This document shows positions 1 through 12,143 of a stretch of 64,000 nucleotides of DNA, in pieces. The first letter of the stretch is position 1, and the number at the start of each line of letters is the position of its first letter. The position numbers and the translations under genes were made by a program. The notes beneath the pieces are model-generated. The model had not been told where the DNA came from and made no database searches. It saw only the letters and a list, made by a program, of their open reading frames with translations. Origin of the DNA: Heptranchias perlo (Eukaryota); the NCBI RefSeq assembly GCF_035084215.1, contig NC_090328.1, positions 21,638,001 to 21,702,000 on the forward strand, written 5' to 3'.

Positions 1-690
1 AAGGGGCAGTAAAAGGGAAATGAATGTAGCAGATGGAATGAGGTTGTATTTGGAAAGTACAAAATGACTCTTGTCCTGTTTAAGAGTGAAAACAATTACT
101 TTTGTATTTGTTAATCAACTGAAGGATGTTTTGACTTTTAAAAACTTGCTAGGATGAGAATACTTCGGTGGAAACCCTGAAGAAATTGCGCAAATGGCAG
201 TTTTTAGCAATTTGTACCATTTCTCCAGGGACTTGGCCGATCTTCCTCCGAAGTTACTGCATGAGATCGGGAAATCCGCATAGAGATTCCAGGCGCATGT
301 CCAAAGTCTGGACAATTCAGAAATTTTAACAGTAGCACACTGTGACCTAAATATGTTGACACGGAGATTTCCTAGTTTCAGCTGCTTACTGAAAATAAGT
401 AGTTCACTTCAAATCTTCCCCTTTCATGTTTCTCACTGCTCCCCATATCACTCAAATGTTGCTCCTGGCAAAGAAATTGTCTCAGCCTCATGACCAGGAT
501 AACCTGCATAACCATCCAAGAGTTCACTGGGGAGGGACAGTAAAAGGGAAATGTCGCAGATGGAATGAGGTTGTATTTGGAAAGTACAAAATGACTCTTG
601 TCCTGTTTAAAAGCGAAAACAATTACTTTTGTATTTGTTAATCAACTGAAGGATGTTTTGACTTTTAAAAGCTTGCTAGGATGAGAGTAC
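1..690. repeat. Local direct duplication, ~160 bp (1-163 and ~532-690)
   Basis: cagtaaaagggaaatg...gcagatggaatgaggttgtatttggaaagtac...cttgctaggatgaga occurs twice with few differences. Confidence 0.9.
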
Positions 691-1664
691 AAATTAAAAT
701 TCTGAGGTTCCTTCACCCAAGACATGAGACTGTCTACTCTCTTTACAGATACTGACACTAACTGCTGTTTATTTCCAGCATTTTCTGTGTTTGTTAGGAT
801 AAGATTTTGTTATCTGTTAATAGTTTGTAAGAAAGGGAATCACTGAACAAACAAGCTTCTGAAGAAAACTGCACAATTATGAAAGGCTTTGGAAATATCA
901 GACTACATTTTTCCATACAGACTACCCTCTCTGTTTTCTTTTACTACTATCGACTACTCCACACAATATAATTTCACTCTCAAGATAAAAGAATAAACTC
1001 AAGTGCTGGAAATACATGGCAGTATATCACCATCTGAAAAAATAAAAAAGTAGGTTAACATTTCGAGCAGGGACTCTTCATCAAAACACTTTCTGTTTCA
1101 AACAAACACCAAACACTTCAGATCAGACATGGCTTGGTTAGATCCAGAGTAGAAGACTTTCCACCCTCTCCCTCGGTAAAGTCCCTCAGCCAAAACTCAA
1201 GAGTTGCATCTCTTACTGCACTATTGTGGCATTTTCCATTTCTCCCACCAGCTACCTTGTGAGCTTTACCAGTGGCAATCTTGGTGCTGTGTGCCTACCA
1301 GGTACTGGATTGAGATTAGCCAAAGTCATTTATCATAGGACTCTAACAGCTAACAGATAGAGGGGCAGATGTTGACTTTGTGCGATACTGTAAAACAGGT
1401 GATAGTGCGTTGGCAGCCTGTTTTACGTCTCCCCTGATTTTTATTTCCAAATGGGGAGAGATGTGAAACGGGTTTGCCAACTCGTCATCACACGTTTTGC
1501 ACTATCGCGGAAAGTCAGGATCTACCTCAGAGACTTTCATCCAATCAGACCAGGCTGAATTCAGAACCAGGAAACAGGTGAAAGGACAGTGTCCCAGTGG
1601 GCAGCAATTAAGAATTCCAAGCCTCACACAACTGACGAGCATAAACCAGAATTGTAAATGTAGA

Positions 1665-1727
1665 ACAAAAGCAAAATACTGTTGGAAACACTCAGCAGGT
1701 CAGGCATCATTCTAGCATTTTTTATTA
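1665..1727 (-). mobile_element. Internally deleted family B element
   Basis: caaaagcaaaatact...ctcagcaggtcaggca...agcattttttatt matches both ends of the 52903 element; TSD taaatgtaga at 1655-1664 and 1728-1737. Confidence 0.65.
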
Positions 1728-3639
1728 TAAATGTAGAGATGTGAATCAACAGAAACACTCCAATAAACTCCAGTGTAAAAGACATCACAGGTCAACATAC
1801 ATGGCAGACAGCCTTAATTTTCAGGTTAAATTTTTATAAAGAGCAAGGCCAGAAGTTATTGTCATAAATATTCTTAATTATATGAGCTTGGCAACAAAAC
1901 AAAAATCACAGTTTTAAAACAGATCACATTTGAAACGTGACTTTTTCATCAGTACAGTTCTTCAATATAGGTCTACCTTCTGAGAAAAGTTAACAATTGG
2001 GCACGATGGTTTTTTAAAGGATGTTTTAATTTAAGGATTCAATGATGTCAAATGTTTATAAAGTATTTCAGCCTCTGAGAATACTTCAGGATTGACATTT
2101 AGAGAATGGAGTCACCACACTGGCACAATAGTTGGGAGTGAGGCTATTACATCTCTGGCTGTTTCAGACTCATAAGACAGCAGTATGTTTCCGCACTTGG
2201 GGCTGTGTGCTTCCTAATGAGGAGTTTTTCCCATTCTTCATGTGGACAGAACAACCACCATATCCAATTAAAGTCAAAAGCCAGTGTCCGTTGTGGTGTT
2301 TCTTCTTGCAGGTTCCTCTTACAAACATAAATGGGCAGTTTTGCAGGGAGATGATAATTGGGCTCGACACCTGGCCCATGCTGGAGGTCAATTTCTTTTC
2401 ACCCTGCTGTTCCATTCTATTCTTAGTTTGATTAAGGACCAGTTTCAAAGGTTATACCTTGCGGGTTATTAAGGTAGAACCCTTCATAGAAGAGGGAATG
2501 TTGTTATCCAGACTCTAACATCAAGCGATTCTGAGTAACATTCGTTTTTGTATCTGTTTCTGTCGATTTGTAAATGCATCATCTGTAGAACTGGCTTAGA
2601 CATTTTAGGTGAACCATTTAACATAACCTGAAGTAAAAGGGGACAATGTACATTTATGACAGATTATACAGTACCATATTATATCTGTAACACATGTAAT
2701 CCATTAGTTCTGGCGGCTGTACTAAAATAATTGCGTTACACATTAAAATCTCATCTTGCTGAAGAGCCTATATATAGAAAGCACATTAGATTAAAAATAG
2801 CAAGTGATATTTTCTCTTGAATATTTAAGTACTGTCTTTTCTAAAATGTCAACTATTTAAATTTTGATACTTTCTAATTTAAATATTTCTGGGAAACATT
2901 TCTTATCCTTGTGGGTGCAGTGATGACAGTGACACGATAGAGTCTTAATCTGAGGTTTTAGGGGTCAGTTTTAACTACCCCACTTGGCAGAAACCAGGTT
3001 TGGGGGGGGGGGCGGTTAAAATGGAGCCGGGGATTTACCCACCCCTTTCCCATCCCGATCTGGCAGACTGCAATTTTAAATTGTAGGCGACAAGGACAAG
3101 CTAGCAGGGTCCACTTTAAACATGCAGCGTGGGTTCCAATGACGTACACAGCAATTTGGGGACTTCTGATTATCCTCCAGGACGCCCATTCCAATATGGC
3201 TGATAATTGATGTTTCATTATAGGGGGAAGAACCTTCCTTCCCTTTGTGAATGGGGAAAGAAATCCAGAATTGGTTACTAACCCAGTGTTTAGTGATTCT
3301 GTCAGTTTAATCGTGCATGTTAATTCTTGGCATATTTTGAATAATTCTGGAGTAAATTATTCAAATATTCCAAACTTGCATGCACATGCTCCCCTTCTCT
3401 GTATTTATGTCCATTGTGTATGTAGCTTTTTTCCTCCATCTTTATTTCTCTACTATCTGTTTCTGTCTCTGTTCCTTGAGTCACACACACATTCTCACTT
3501 ACTCCCTAACTTTCTCAGCCCTTTCTGCCCCTCTTGATGTGGAGAAGGTGCCACAAATATGAGTTTTGTTTCTTCCTTCTGTGAAATAGACAGCAAATTG
3601 TAATAAATGTAACATTTTTATTGCATTTCTTTATTTCAG

Positions 3640-3882
3640 AATAGCAAATATAAAAATCGAATTGTCAAAGCTGGACTCCGAGGCCTGGCCAGGGATGCTT
3701 GACGTCGAGCGAGACAAGTTGATGCTGATTAACGAGAAAGAAGAACTTCTGAAAGAGCTGCAGTTTGTGACGCTCCGGAAATGCTCTCAGGATGAGCTGG
3801 AGCGGCTGGAAGCAGAGAGGAAGCGATTGGAAGAGGAACTCCATTCTGCTCCAAACACACCCAGTGAAGCACTTGCTGGGAG
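3640..3882 (+). CDS. WWC2: WWC2 internal coding exon (coiled-coil region); upstream exons lie outside the window
   Basis: ttatttcag acceptor and ag|gtctgt donor. Translates [44 protein letters not shown]...ALAG, matching recalled WWC2. Confidence 0.93.
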
Positions 3883-4218
3883 GTCTGTGCGGTGATTTTG
3901 TCCGTGGATTTCACGGGGCCTTTAGGGCAGCATGAGGGCATCATGGTGACTTCATGTCAAACTCTTGATATATTGGAGGGAGGGATGAAGAGAGAGTGTC
4001 GGGGAACAGTCTTCCATTTTCATATTTAGAACATCTTAAATGCAAATGTCAGTGAAGCCAGAAAGCTGTGGGACGGTTATGATGGCATAAATACTGAGAT
4101 GGATTTTTAAAAAATATTCTTTACTACTGCCGCCTTTGTGCTTAGTTTATTTTCTGTGTCTCACAGAAATGCAAATCCCAGTTTACTGAGAGCAATTTAT
4201 AAATACTCTTATTTTCAG

Positions 4219-4308
4219 ACTAAAACTACAAGAGAAGAGAAAGGGCCTCGTGCAGCAGCTTGAAGATGCGACCCAGCTAACCATGTATCTACATTCACAA
4301 CTTAAAAG
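4219..4308 (+). CDS. WWC2: WWC2 coding exon
   Basis: ttttcag acceptor and ag|gtatac donor. (R)LKLQEKRKGLVQQLEDATQLTMYLHSQLK; phase-compatible with neighbouring exons. Confidence 0.92.
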
Positions 4309-4649
4309 GTATACGTGCCTATGGCACTCATGGACCATTCAAACCTTTAATTGCAGTTTATTATAGATTTGTACTGATTAATCAAATAGGAATGATTACA
4401 TCTGTTTTCAAATGTTTTTTTTGTTGATCAGTGGTCCTGTTACAAAGCTGGCATGGATACTGTACCCTTCTGTACACACATGTCAGGCAACCTTCAAACA
4501 CTGTTCTATGTATAGTTGCCGATACACCTTCAGCACTCCTGTTCGCTACCCTGTCAACTGGCGAATAGAATTGTTTAGAATAAAAACAGAACCTGTTTTA
4601 TTCCTGGTTTACTAGCTGAGGAATAAACTGTCTGTAAAGAAAATAAAGA

Positions 4650-5103
4650 ATAACTTGCATTGATATATCGCCTTTCTCAACCTCAGGAATTTACAGCCAA
4701 TGAAGTACTTTTGAAATGTAGTCACTGTTGTTACTCCGTTAAAGGTGCTATATAAATGCAAGTTGTTGTTATAATGTAGGAAATGCGGCAGCCAAATTGC
4801 ACACATCGAGGTCCCACAAACAGCAATGTGATGATGACCAGATAACCTGTTTCAGTGATGTTAGTTGAGGGATAAATGTCGGCAAGGACTCCCCTGCTCT
4901 TCTTCAAAATGAGATCTTTTATGTCCACCTGAGGGAGCAGACAAGGCCTCGGTTTAACGTCTCATCCGAAAGACGATACAGTACCTCCGACAGTGCAGCA
5001 CTCCCTCAGTACTGGAATTGGAGTGTCAGCCTAGAGTGGGACTTGAATCCACAACCTTCTGACTCAGAAGCAAGAATGCTACCACTTAGCCATGGCTGAC
5101 ACC
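4650..5103 (-). mobile_element. tRNA-derived SINE (Deu-domain / SacSINE1-like by recall)
   Basis: Reverse-complement homolog of 60059-60480; tRNA head with A/B boxes; central tctttcggatgagacgttaaaccgagg domain. Confidence 0.8.
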
Positions 5104-5473
5104 AGTAAAATTGAGTTGCTGGCACAGATGTGATATAGATGAAAACTGTAATCCAAAATCAGCTGATGTTCTTCAGTGCGATGTTGGCATGTTACAAAGT
5201 TAGACGTGGGCTTGCCTTTCAACAGCAAGAAACACCTTGCTTTGTGCTTCTACCTGCTCTTTCAATGGATAAAATATTAGATTACTGAAATAATATGCTG
5301 GCATAGGCTGAACACTTGTATAGTTTACCAGAAGCTTTGTCAAGTTGTAAAGAGAAATTTTGAGGGAAGTAATGGGAGACAACCGAAAACATTTGCAAGG
5401 GATGCACAAATTAAACATTTTCCTGAGATATTGGCTTACAATCTCATGAAATTGGAGTAGGCAAAAAAAATTT

Positions 5474-5812
5474 AGAATCAGAATGATACAACACAGAAAG
5501 AGGCCATTCGGCCCATTGTGCTGGTTGAGGTCACAATCAGATCAACCATGATCTTATCAAATGGCAGAGCAGGCTCGAGAGGCCGAATGGCCTACTCCTG
5601 CTCTTAATTCGTATGTTTGTACGTATGTTTGTATGTGCCTGTGCAGGCTCTATGAAAAAGCGATCCAATTAGTCCCATTCCCCTGCTCTTTCCCCATAGC
5701 AGACTATTTTCCCTTCAAGTATTTATCCAATTCTCTTTTGAAAGTTACTATTGAATCTGCTTCCACCACCCTTTCAGGCAGTGCATTCCAGATCATTACA
5801 ACTTGCTGCGTT
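5474..5812 (-). mobile_element. CR1 3'-end fragment containing a second CR1 tail (~5524-5635, + strand)
   Basis: aggccattcggccc...ttccaccaccctttcaggcagtgcattccag, with an internal gaatggcctactcctg plus (gtatgttt)n. Confidence 0.7.
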
Positions 5813-6477
5813 GTCCTGTTTTCTGCTTCATTGAAACTCCAGCTTTCCAGGATGTTCTATAAAATCAAAAGGACATTAAACAAAATCAATTGCCATTGAC
5901 TTCTGTTTATTCTGGGTAAAATCCATCTTGTTCTTGCAGTTTGTGGTCCAGAGACTTTAGTCAGGTTACACTCCCAAGACCCGGGCTGCAGTATAAAAGC
6001 TGCTTTTGAATTAAATTTCAATTTTTAATGCTGTTCTTTAAATGTTTGCTGCCGCATTTGTTACTTTAATTCTCCCCCCTCCCTGCTTCCCCCAATGTTC
6101 ACCCCTTGTTCCTCTCTGGGAATCATTGATTCCTTGCAGAGTACGGTTCTGTCATTCTGGATGCCTTACGGTACCTCTTCATGGATGATTCTCAGCAGGG
6201 AACCAAGCCCAATCCTGTCCTCACTCAAGATCTGTGTGTGCACATGCACGTCCAGCAGGATAGTGATCAGGAATGGAAGCTCTGCCAATTTTCCCCTCTC
6301 TAGAATAGGGACACTGAGGTTAATTGTAAAGCATCTACCACTGCCCTGAATGAGGCAGCCACCTCAACACAGACCTGGGATTGAATCTGCAACCATCCCG
6401 GTTTGTATAGCTTAGCAATCAGTGTAGAACCTTGTTGGGACATCAGGCAGCTAATGCAAAATATGTCTAATTAAAAA

Positions 6478-6760
6478 ATAGAATCATAGCATCGTTACAG
6501 TGCAGAAGGAGGCCATTCAGCCCATACAGCCCGTGCTGGCTCTTTGTAAGAGCTATTCAATTAGTCCCATTCCCCCACTCTTTTCCCCGTAGCCCTGCAA
6601 ATTTTTTCCCTTCAAATATTTATCCAATTTTTTGTAAGCCACAATTGAATCTGCTTCCACCACCCCTTCAGGCAGTGCATTCCAGATCATAACTACTCGC
6701 TGCATAAAAAAGTTTTTCCTCATGTCACCTTTGGTTCTTTTGCCAATCACCTTAAATAAT
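6478..6760 (-). mobile_element. CR1 3'-end fragment
   Basis: RKNFFMQRVVMIWNALPEGVVEADS. Confidence 0.85.
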
Positions 6761-6830
6761 AGACATCGCTTGAGTGAATTCAGAGCTCTCATCTAATTCT
6801 TGGGTTCAGAGGACACTTATTAACAACTTG

Positions 6831-7071
6831 ATGTGGAGATGCCGGTGATGGACTGGGGTTGACAATTGTAAACAATTTTACAACATCAAGTTATAGTCCA
6901 GCAATTTTATTTTAAATTCACAAGCTTTCGGAGGCTTCCTCCTTCGTCAGGTGAACGATGTGAACGATTTTTCACATCGTTCACCTGACGAAGGAGGAAG
7001 CCTCCGAAAGCTTGTGAATTTAAAATAAAATTGCTGGACTATAACTTGGTGTTGTAAAATTGTTTACAATT
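6831..7071 (-). mobile_element. Penelope-like-derived palindromic insertion (family A), hammerhead motif in each arm
   Basis: 101-bp arms 6864-6964 and 6971-7071 with 1 mismatch; 33-nt unpaired tail; TSD ttattaacaacttg at 6817-6830 and 7070-7083. Confidence 0.85.
6980..7018 (+). ncRNA. Minimal type I hammerhead ribozyme motif (mirror copy on - strand at 6917-6955)
   Basis: ttcac CTGACGA a ggagg-aag-cctcc GAA AGCT T gtgaa: stem I, core, stem II and palindromic stem III. Confidence 0.75.
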
Positions 7072-8149
7072 ATTAACAACTTGAGTTTTGCTTTCCATGT
7101 CTCTGATGCCTTTGATCAGGTTGCACTCCTGTAGTCACTCCCAGGTGTCCATTCACACCCCAGCGTGGTACCAGATTTCTGAAAGAATTTGACAGCAGTG
7201 TGACTCTCGCTGCTCCTCTCTCTCTCTCAGTGGCTTTTGTGCGTATATATACCATAAATCAGACACCTTTGGATGCTTTGCAGCGAGAGCACCAGGCTCA
7301 CAGCCCACTGTGTGAAACTGAAGAGCCATGGGCTGCAACCTTTCATGCACAGCAGCTGGACATGAAATTGGTAACTTCATCAAAATGCTGTCTGCCTTTG
7401 TGTTAACGAATCCAAAGAGCTAAATAGTCAAATTAATGCTGGGGAAGGAAGCAGTTTGCAAGGCTGTAACAGCCCTGTGTTATTAACACTTCAACCCCTG
7501 CTAATCGGCCTTCACAGTGGGCGGACCGTCACATCAGGTGAGAAGTAATTCACATGAGAGAGTGAGGACTGCTAAAGAGCCCCCGACACTTGTAATAATT
7601 TCCATTAAAACAAAGAGGAAATTTTTTTATTCTATTTGCTATTTCTAGCAAAATCGTGGACCCAATTTTGCCATGAAAAGCGAATCAAGGAAATCACCCC
7701 CACCTTATAAAGCTCTCCTGATGTGGTAGCGTGGTTTCGTACTGAGCACATCAGATCCCAAAGGTCCCGCATAGTGTTCTCTGAGCTCTGTCAGGTTGCT
7801 GGTCCCTATCATTCCCCTGGCAGAACTAATATTAGGGATGGGCAATAAATGCTGGTCTTGCCAGCGAAGCCCACATCCCATGGACGAATACAAAAAAAAG
7901 TTGACTGTATTGGCCCCAGTGCATCAAGGCTCAGGAAGGGAAAAAGTAGACAAGAGTCCCACTCCCGATCACAATCTGGTGAATCTTGTTGGAGTGTGTG
8001 TGTGTGTGTGTGTGTGTGTGCACGCGCTCACGCGCATGCCTAGAAGCTTTACAAAGGTACAGGTGGATCAGGTGAGGATTGGATGGGACTCAGCTATGAT
8101 GCCTCCTACAGTTGAATATTATTTACTAAGTTACAATGCACTTTGGGAG

Positions 8150-8899
8150 GAACAACATAGAGAGACAGTATAATCTAAATGGTACTATTTTGAGGGGGGT
8201 GCGAGTGCAAAGGGACCTGGGGTTGCATATTCACAAATCTTTGAAGGAGGCAGGGCAAGTTGATCAGGTGGTTAAGAAAGCGTATGGATACTTAGCTTTG
8301 TAATTAGGGCCATTGAATACAAAAATAAGGAAGTCATGCTAAACCATTACAAATCACTGGTTAGGCCTCAACTGAAGTGTTGTGTACAATTCTGGCCACC
8401 ACACTTTAGGAAGGATGTCAAGGCCTTGGAGATGATACAGAGGAGGTTTACCAGGATGATACCAGGGATGAGGGACTTCAGTTATGTGGAGAGATTGGAG
8501 AAGCTGGGGTTGTTCTCCTTGGAGCAGAGACGTTATGGGGAGACCTAATAGAAGTATTCAAAATTATATGAGGGGTTTTGATGGAGCAAGTAGGGCAAAA
8601 CTGTTTCCTCTGGCAAGTGGGTCGGTAACCAGAGGTCATAGATTTAAAATAATTGGCAAAAGCACTAGAGGAGAAAGGTCTTCACACAGATGGTTGTTTA
8701 GATCTAGAACGCACTATCTGAAAGGGTGGCGGAAGCAGATTCCATAAGAACTTTCAAAAGGCAATTGGAAATGTACTTGAAGAGGACTAATTTGCAAGAT
8801 TGTGGGGAAAAAGTTGGGGTGTGGGATTAAATTGGACAGCTCCTTCAAAGGCACGACAGGCCAAGGGCCTCCTTCTGTGCTGTAAGATTCTATGATTCT
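8150..8899 (+). mobile_element. Older CR1 LINE 3' fragment
   Basis: LVRPQLKCCVQFWPPHFRKD...RRFTRMIPG; ttctatgattct tail. Confidence 0.9.
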
Positions 8900-9573
8900 G
8901 TAGTACTCCAATATGTATCATGGAAACAGTCACTTTCCATGATGTCATGTACTCCTTGTGGTAATTCCAAGTTATTTTTCATGCTAATATTTTGATTTAA
9001 AGTCTACTCATGATAATTCATCTTTTGCCCCCAAAAATAAATTATCCAATTATTTTAGTTAAGCAATTTACGTAAGCAAGTTCTAAAACAATTTTAGAAT
9101 AATCAGATAATTTTGTATTAAGAGATGTGGACTGTGGCCGAATCCCTTTAGTTTGATGCTGGAGGTTTGAAATTGTGTTTCAATTGCTCTGGATAGTGTT
9201 CACAGTTAAATGCTAATCTGCAATGCATTAATAACACACAGCTGTACCCTTAGGGGCCAGTTCATACTGATCAGCTTTTCCAGAAGATTATAATTATTTA
9301 TTCACTCTTACCTCTCCTTAAAACATAATGTAAAATATGATAATTGGATACAAGTATTTCAGTATGTTTATACACAAACACACACAAAATTGTACATGGA
9401 GCATTAACCCCTTCCTCCCCAGTACTCATGAAATTGATGAGACATATGAAGCAGCCCTGAGTCAATACTGTTAATAAGCAACTCGTTATTAAACCTGAGT
9501 TGCCATGACTACGGTTTTGTCAAAGTGCTATTATAAAAGCCTTTCTCACTTAATGCATCTCTCTCGTTTTCAG

Positions 9574-10256
9574 CCTTTCAGCAAGCACACTGTCAGTCTC
9601 GTCCGGGAGCAGTCTGGGATCACTGACATCAAGCCGGGGGTCCCTCAACACCTCCAGCAGGGGATCTCTAAACTCACTCAGTTCCACCGAGCTGTATTAC
9701 ACCCAGTCCGATCAAACACCTGACCTGGACTACCAGTACAAACTGGACTTCATGCTGCAAGAAAAAGCCGGTTACATTCCTTCAGGACCCATAACCACCA
9801 TCCACGAGAACGAGGTGGTGAAATCCCACCGAGAGCCACGCTATGAGAACTCGGCCGACTCCTCCGCCTCAGGGCACGCTGTGAAATCTTTAGTTGAGCC
9901 TCCTAAATCAGTAACCTCATTGTCGTCCAGATCTTCGCTCTCTTCTTTGTCTCCTCCCAGCTCACCGTTGGTCTCCGATGCAGTATTTTTGTCGTCAGCA
10001 CAAGAGTCGCCCTTGCATCATCTCACGACGGACTTTGAAGACTGTGAATTGCACCGTGATTTTGCAAGCCTCGGCCTCTATGGCAATAGTGAAAACCAAA
10101 CGTTGCTGGAACCCGAGCAGACCAGCAGGACTCAAACACCCTACTTGAGCATCGAGTCTGGGATTCGAAGCAGAACTGGAGAATACCTGAACGAGGCTAA
10201 AGGCCTTAATGGTGAACTGGCAGCTCCTCTTTCGACCCTGAATGAAGGCATTGCAG
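9574..10256 (+). CDS. WWC2: WWC2 large Ser-rich coding exon
   Basis: ttttcag acceptor and gcag|gtaagc donor. (S)LSASTLSVSSGSSLGSLTSSRGSLNTSSRGSLNSLSSTELYY...YQYKLDFMLQEKAGYIPSGPITTIHENEVVKS, which is WWC2-type wording. Confidence 0.95.
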
Positions 10257-10304
10257 GTAAGCGAGTCCCGTCATTCAGAGATAAGAGTGTAGTGATTGGC
10301 TTGG

Positions 10305-10680
10305 ATGTTGGCTCAGTAAATGGCCATCCAAAGTGCTACCGAACCCTAGGACGGGCCCAGGTTCAATCCCTGGTATCTGTTGAGTTAGCTGACCTCAACC
10401 AGGACAGCAGTCAGGTTGCAAGAACTGGCCTCATTACCCCAGGGCTATGAAGGGGGTGGTGGTGGGGGGGGAAATCAACCCAACGACTCCTGCTGGAAAC
10501 TGGATGTGCATGAACATTGGGTAAGGACAGGATTGGGCTCAGCGGTGATGCTGTTAAATGGCCTGGCAACACTCAATGTTGAGCTCACCCACTAAGAGTG
10601 ACACGGTGGGTAAGGTGCAGGAGGGTTTCCATTGCCATTGGAACTCTACCACAGCATGGGTCAGAGGGGAGAAAACTGAA
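10305..10680 (+). mobile_element. Old tRNA-SINE family (LmeSINE1-like by recall); other copies at ~6150-6430 (-), 13925-14040, 20690-21010, 24295-24490 (-), 46270-46630 and 48380-48820
   Basis: Shared caggttcaatccctgg...gagttagctga...attggcctca...cctgctggaaa...ggaaccgtacc. Confidence 0.7.
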
Positions 10681-11064
10681 GGATACAAAGAGTAGAATGA
10701 AGGCAGAATAAAACTAAATGTGCCAAAATGTCCCAGATTCCATTTACAGGACTGTGCCCTCTGTGACATTTGAAATCTTTGCACAGTGCCAGTTATGTAC
10801 AGTTTAAGTGCATGGACAGTATATACTTTACCCAGGAGTTTCAGTTTAAATTTTTGGAATTAGTTATAAAAATGTCAGCATTCCCACAGCAATCTTAAAA
10901 ATAAAAAGTTAAAGAAGACGAAAAACTCATTGGCTCCCTCCATGAGGCGTTCCCTTGCTGTGTCCCAGGCTGATAGAGAAGTGTGAAAGTCCCCAGTACC
11001 ACAAGCACTTGTTTCTGCTGACTGGATGGAGCCATTCACTGATGGAGTTCATCACAGACTCAAT

Positions 11065-11737
11065 GGCCCTGATATTAGCGGGGAGGGTGCCGGGGAGCGG
11101 GGTGGGGGGAACCTGGCAAGGCCGGGGACGTGGAGGCCCTGCTGAACTTAACGGCAGGGCCTCATTTAAATAATCTGCAGCAGACTCCCGCCCAAGAACT
11201 GGCCAAATTGATAGCCTGGCGGGCGAGGTTGGGAATTTGTGGCAGGAGGCCCTAGCTGGGGACCCGAGTTGGGGGGGGGGGATCTCGCCACGATCTGGGG
11301 GAGGGGGTGGTCTGGCCGCAATGCAGTTGTGGGGCGGGGGGATGGGGGGGTGGAGTCTGGCCCCTCCTGGCCCACGAGGAAACCTGAAAGATAAATTTTA
11401 AACTTGCCTGCTGGACCTCTTCTGGCCCAGGATCCATCTCCTGTCAGGTTTTGCCTGATAGGGGAGCTGACACTGCCCCCCTCCCACCACCCCACCCAGC
11501 TCAGGCCCTAGCTTGAAATTGCAGATCGGCTCTTGATGACATGATATGATCCAATCTGCATTTTTAAGTAGGACCCCACTAACTTGCTGCGGGTGTCCTG
11601 CTCACCTGTTTTAAAGAGCAGGTTAATATCAGGACATGGCAGGAAGGCAGTGGGATCGGAGTGGGTAAGTGACTTGCATTATTTTAACTGCCTCCCTGCT
11701 CTGTTTTCACCATGTGGGAGCAGTTAAAATCGGGGCC
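11065..11737. mobile_element. GC-rich non-autonomous TIR element; related fragments at ~2960-3200 and ~22660-23350
   Basis: Imperfect ends ggccctgatatt / aaatcggggcc bound a GC-rich block in an AT-rich intron. Confidence 0.55.
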
Positions 11738-11983
11738 AAGCTGTCTGACTATCTGGTGAGTTTCAGACCCAAACTGGAATGTCTCTGAACCACAAAAGAA
11801 ATAAAGCCATTTTTTGCTATCAGGGAGCAGAATTAATGGAACTTTTTTGCTGATCAGAGGCACAAACTGTCAGATCCAATATATTCGATATTGTCCACAC
11901 ACAGTCACTGAACAATTAGGGATAGCACCAGGCATAATGACATAATCTGGGGAAATCATACAAATACACATATTTACGAGACA

Positions 11984-12143
11984 CCTGAGAGATCATCTCA
12001 TAGATACTCGTAATCCAAGATATCAGCTCACACCTCCCACTAGACTGAGAGATCAGCTCACAGATCCTACTAGGCTGAGAGATCAGCTCACACAGCTAAC
12101 TAAACTGCAGGGATCTGAGGCTCATACATATCCCACTAGACAG
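11984..12143. repeat. Degenerate ~30-bp tandem repeat, ~5 copies
   Basis: Recurrent ctgagagatcagctcaca...actag. Confidence 0.7.

Noticed and set aside
6864-7071. Palindromes as pre-miRNA genes or DNA-transposon MITEs
   Set aside because: Variable 12-14 bp TSDs, an asymmetric tail and a hammerhead core fit a Penelope-type retro-insertion better. Small-RNA production is not excluded.
10257-10450. C-terminal part of the 232-aa ORF 9752-10450 as coding
   Set aside because: Reads through a canonical GTAAGC donor into SINE sequence; WWC2 homology resumes at 21112.
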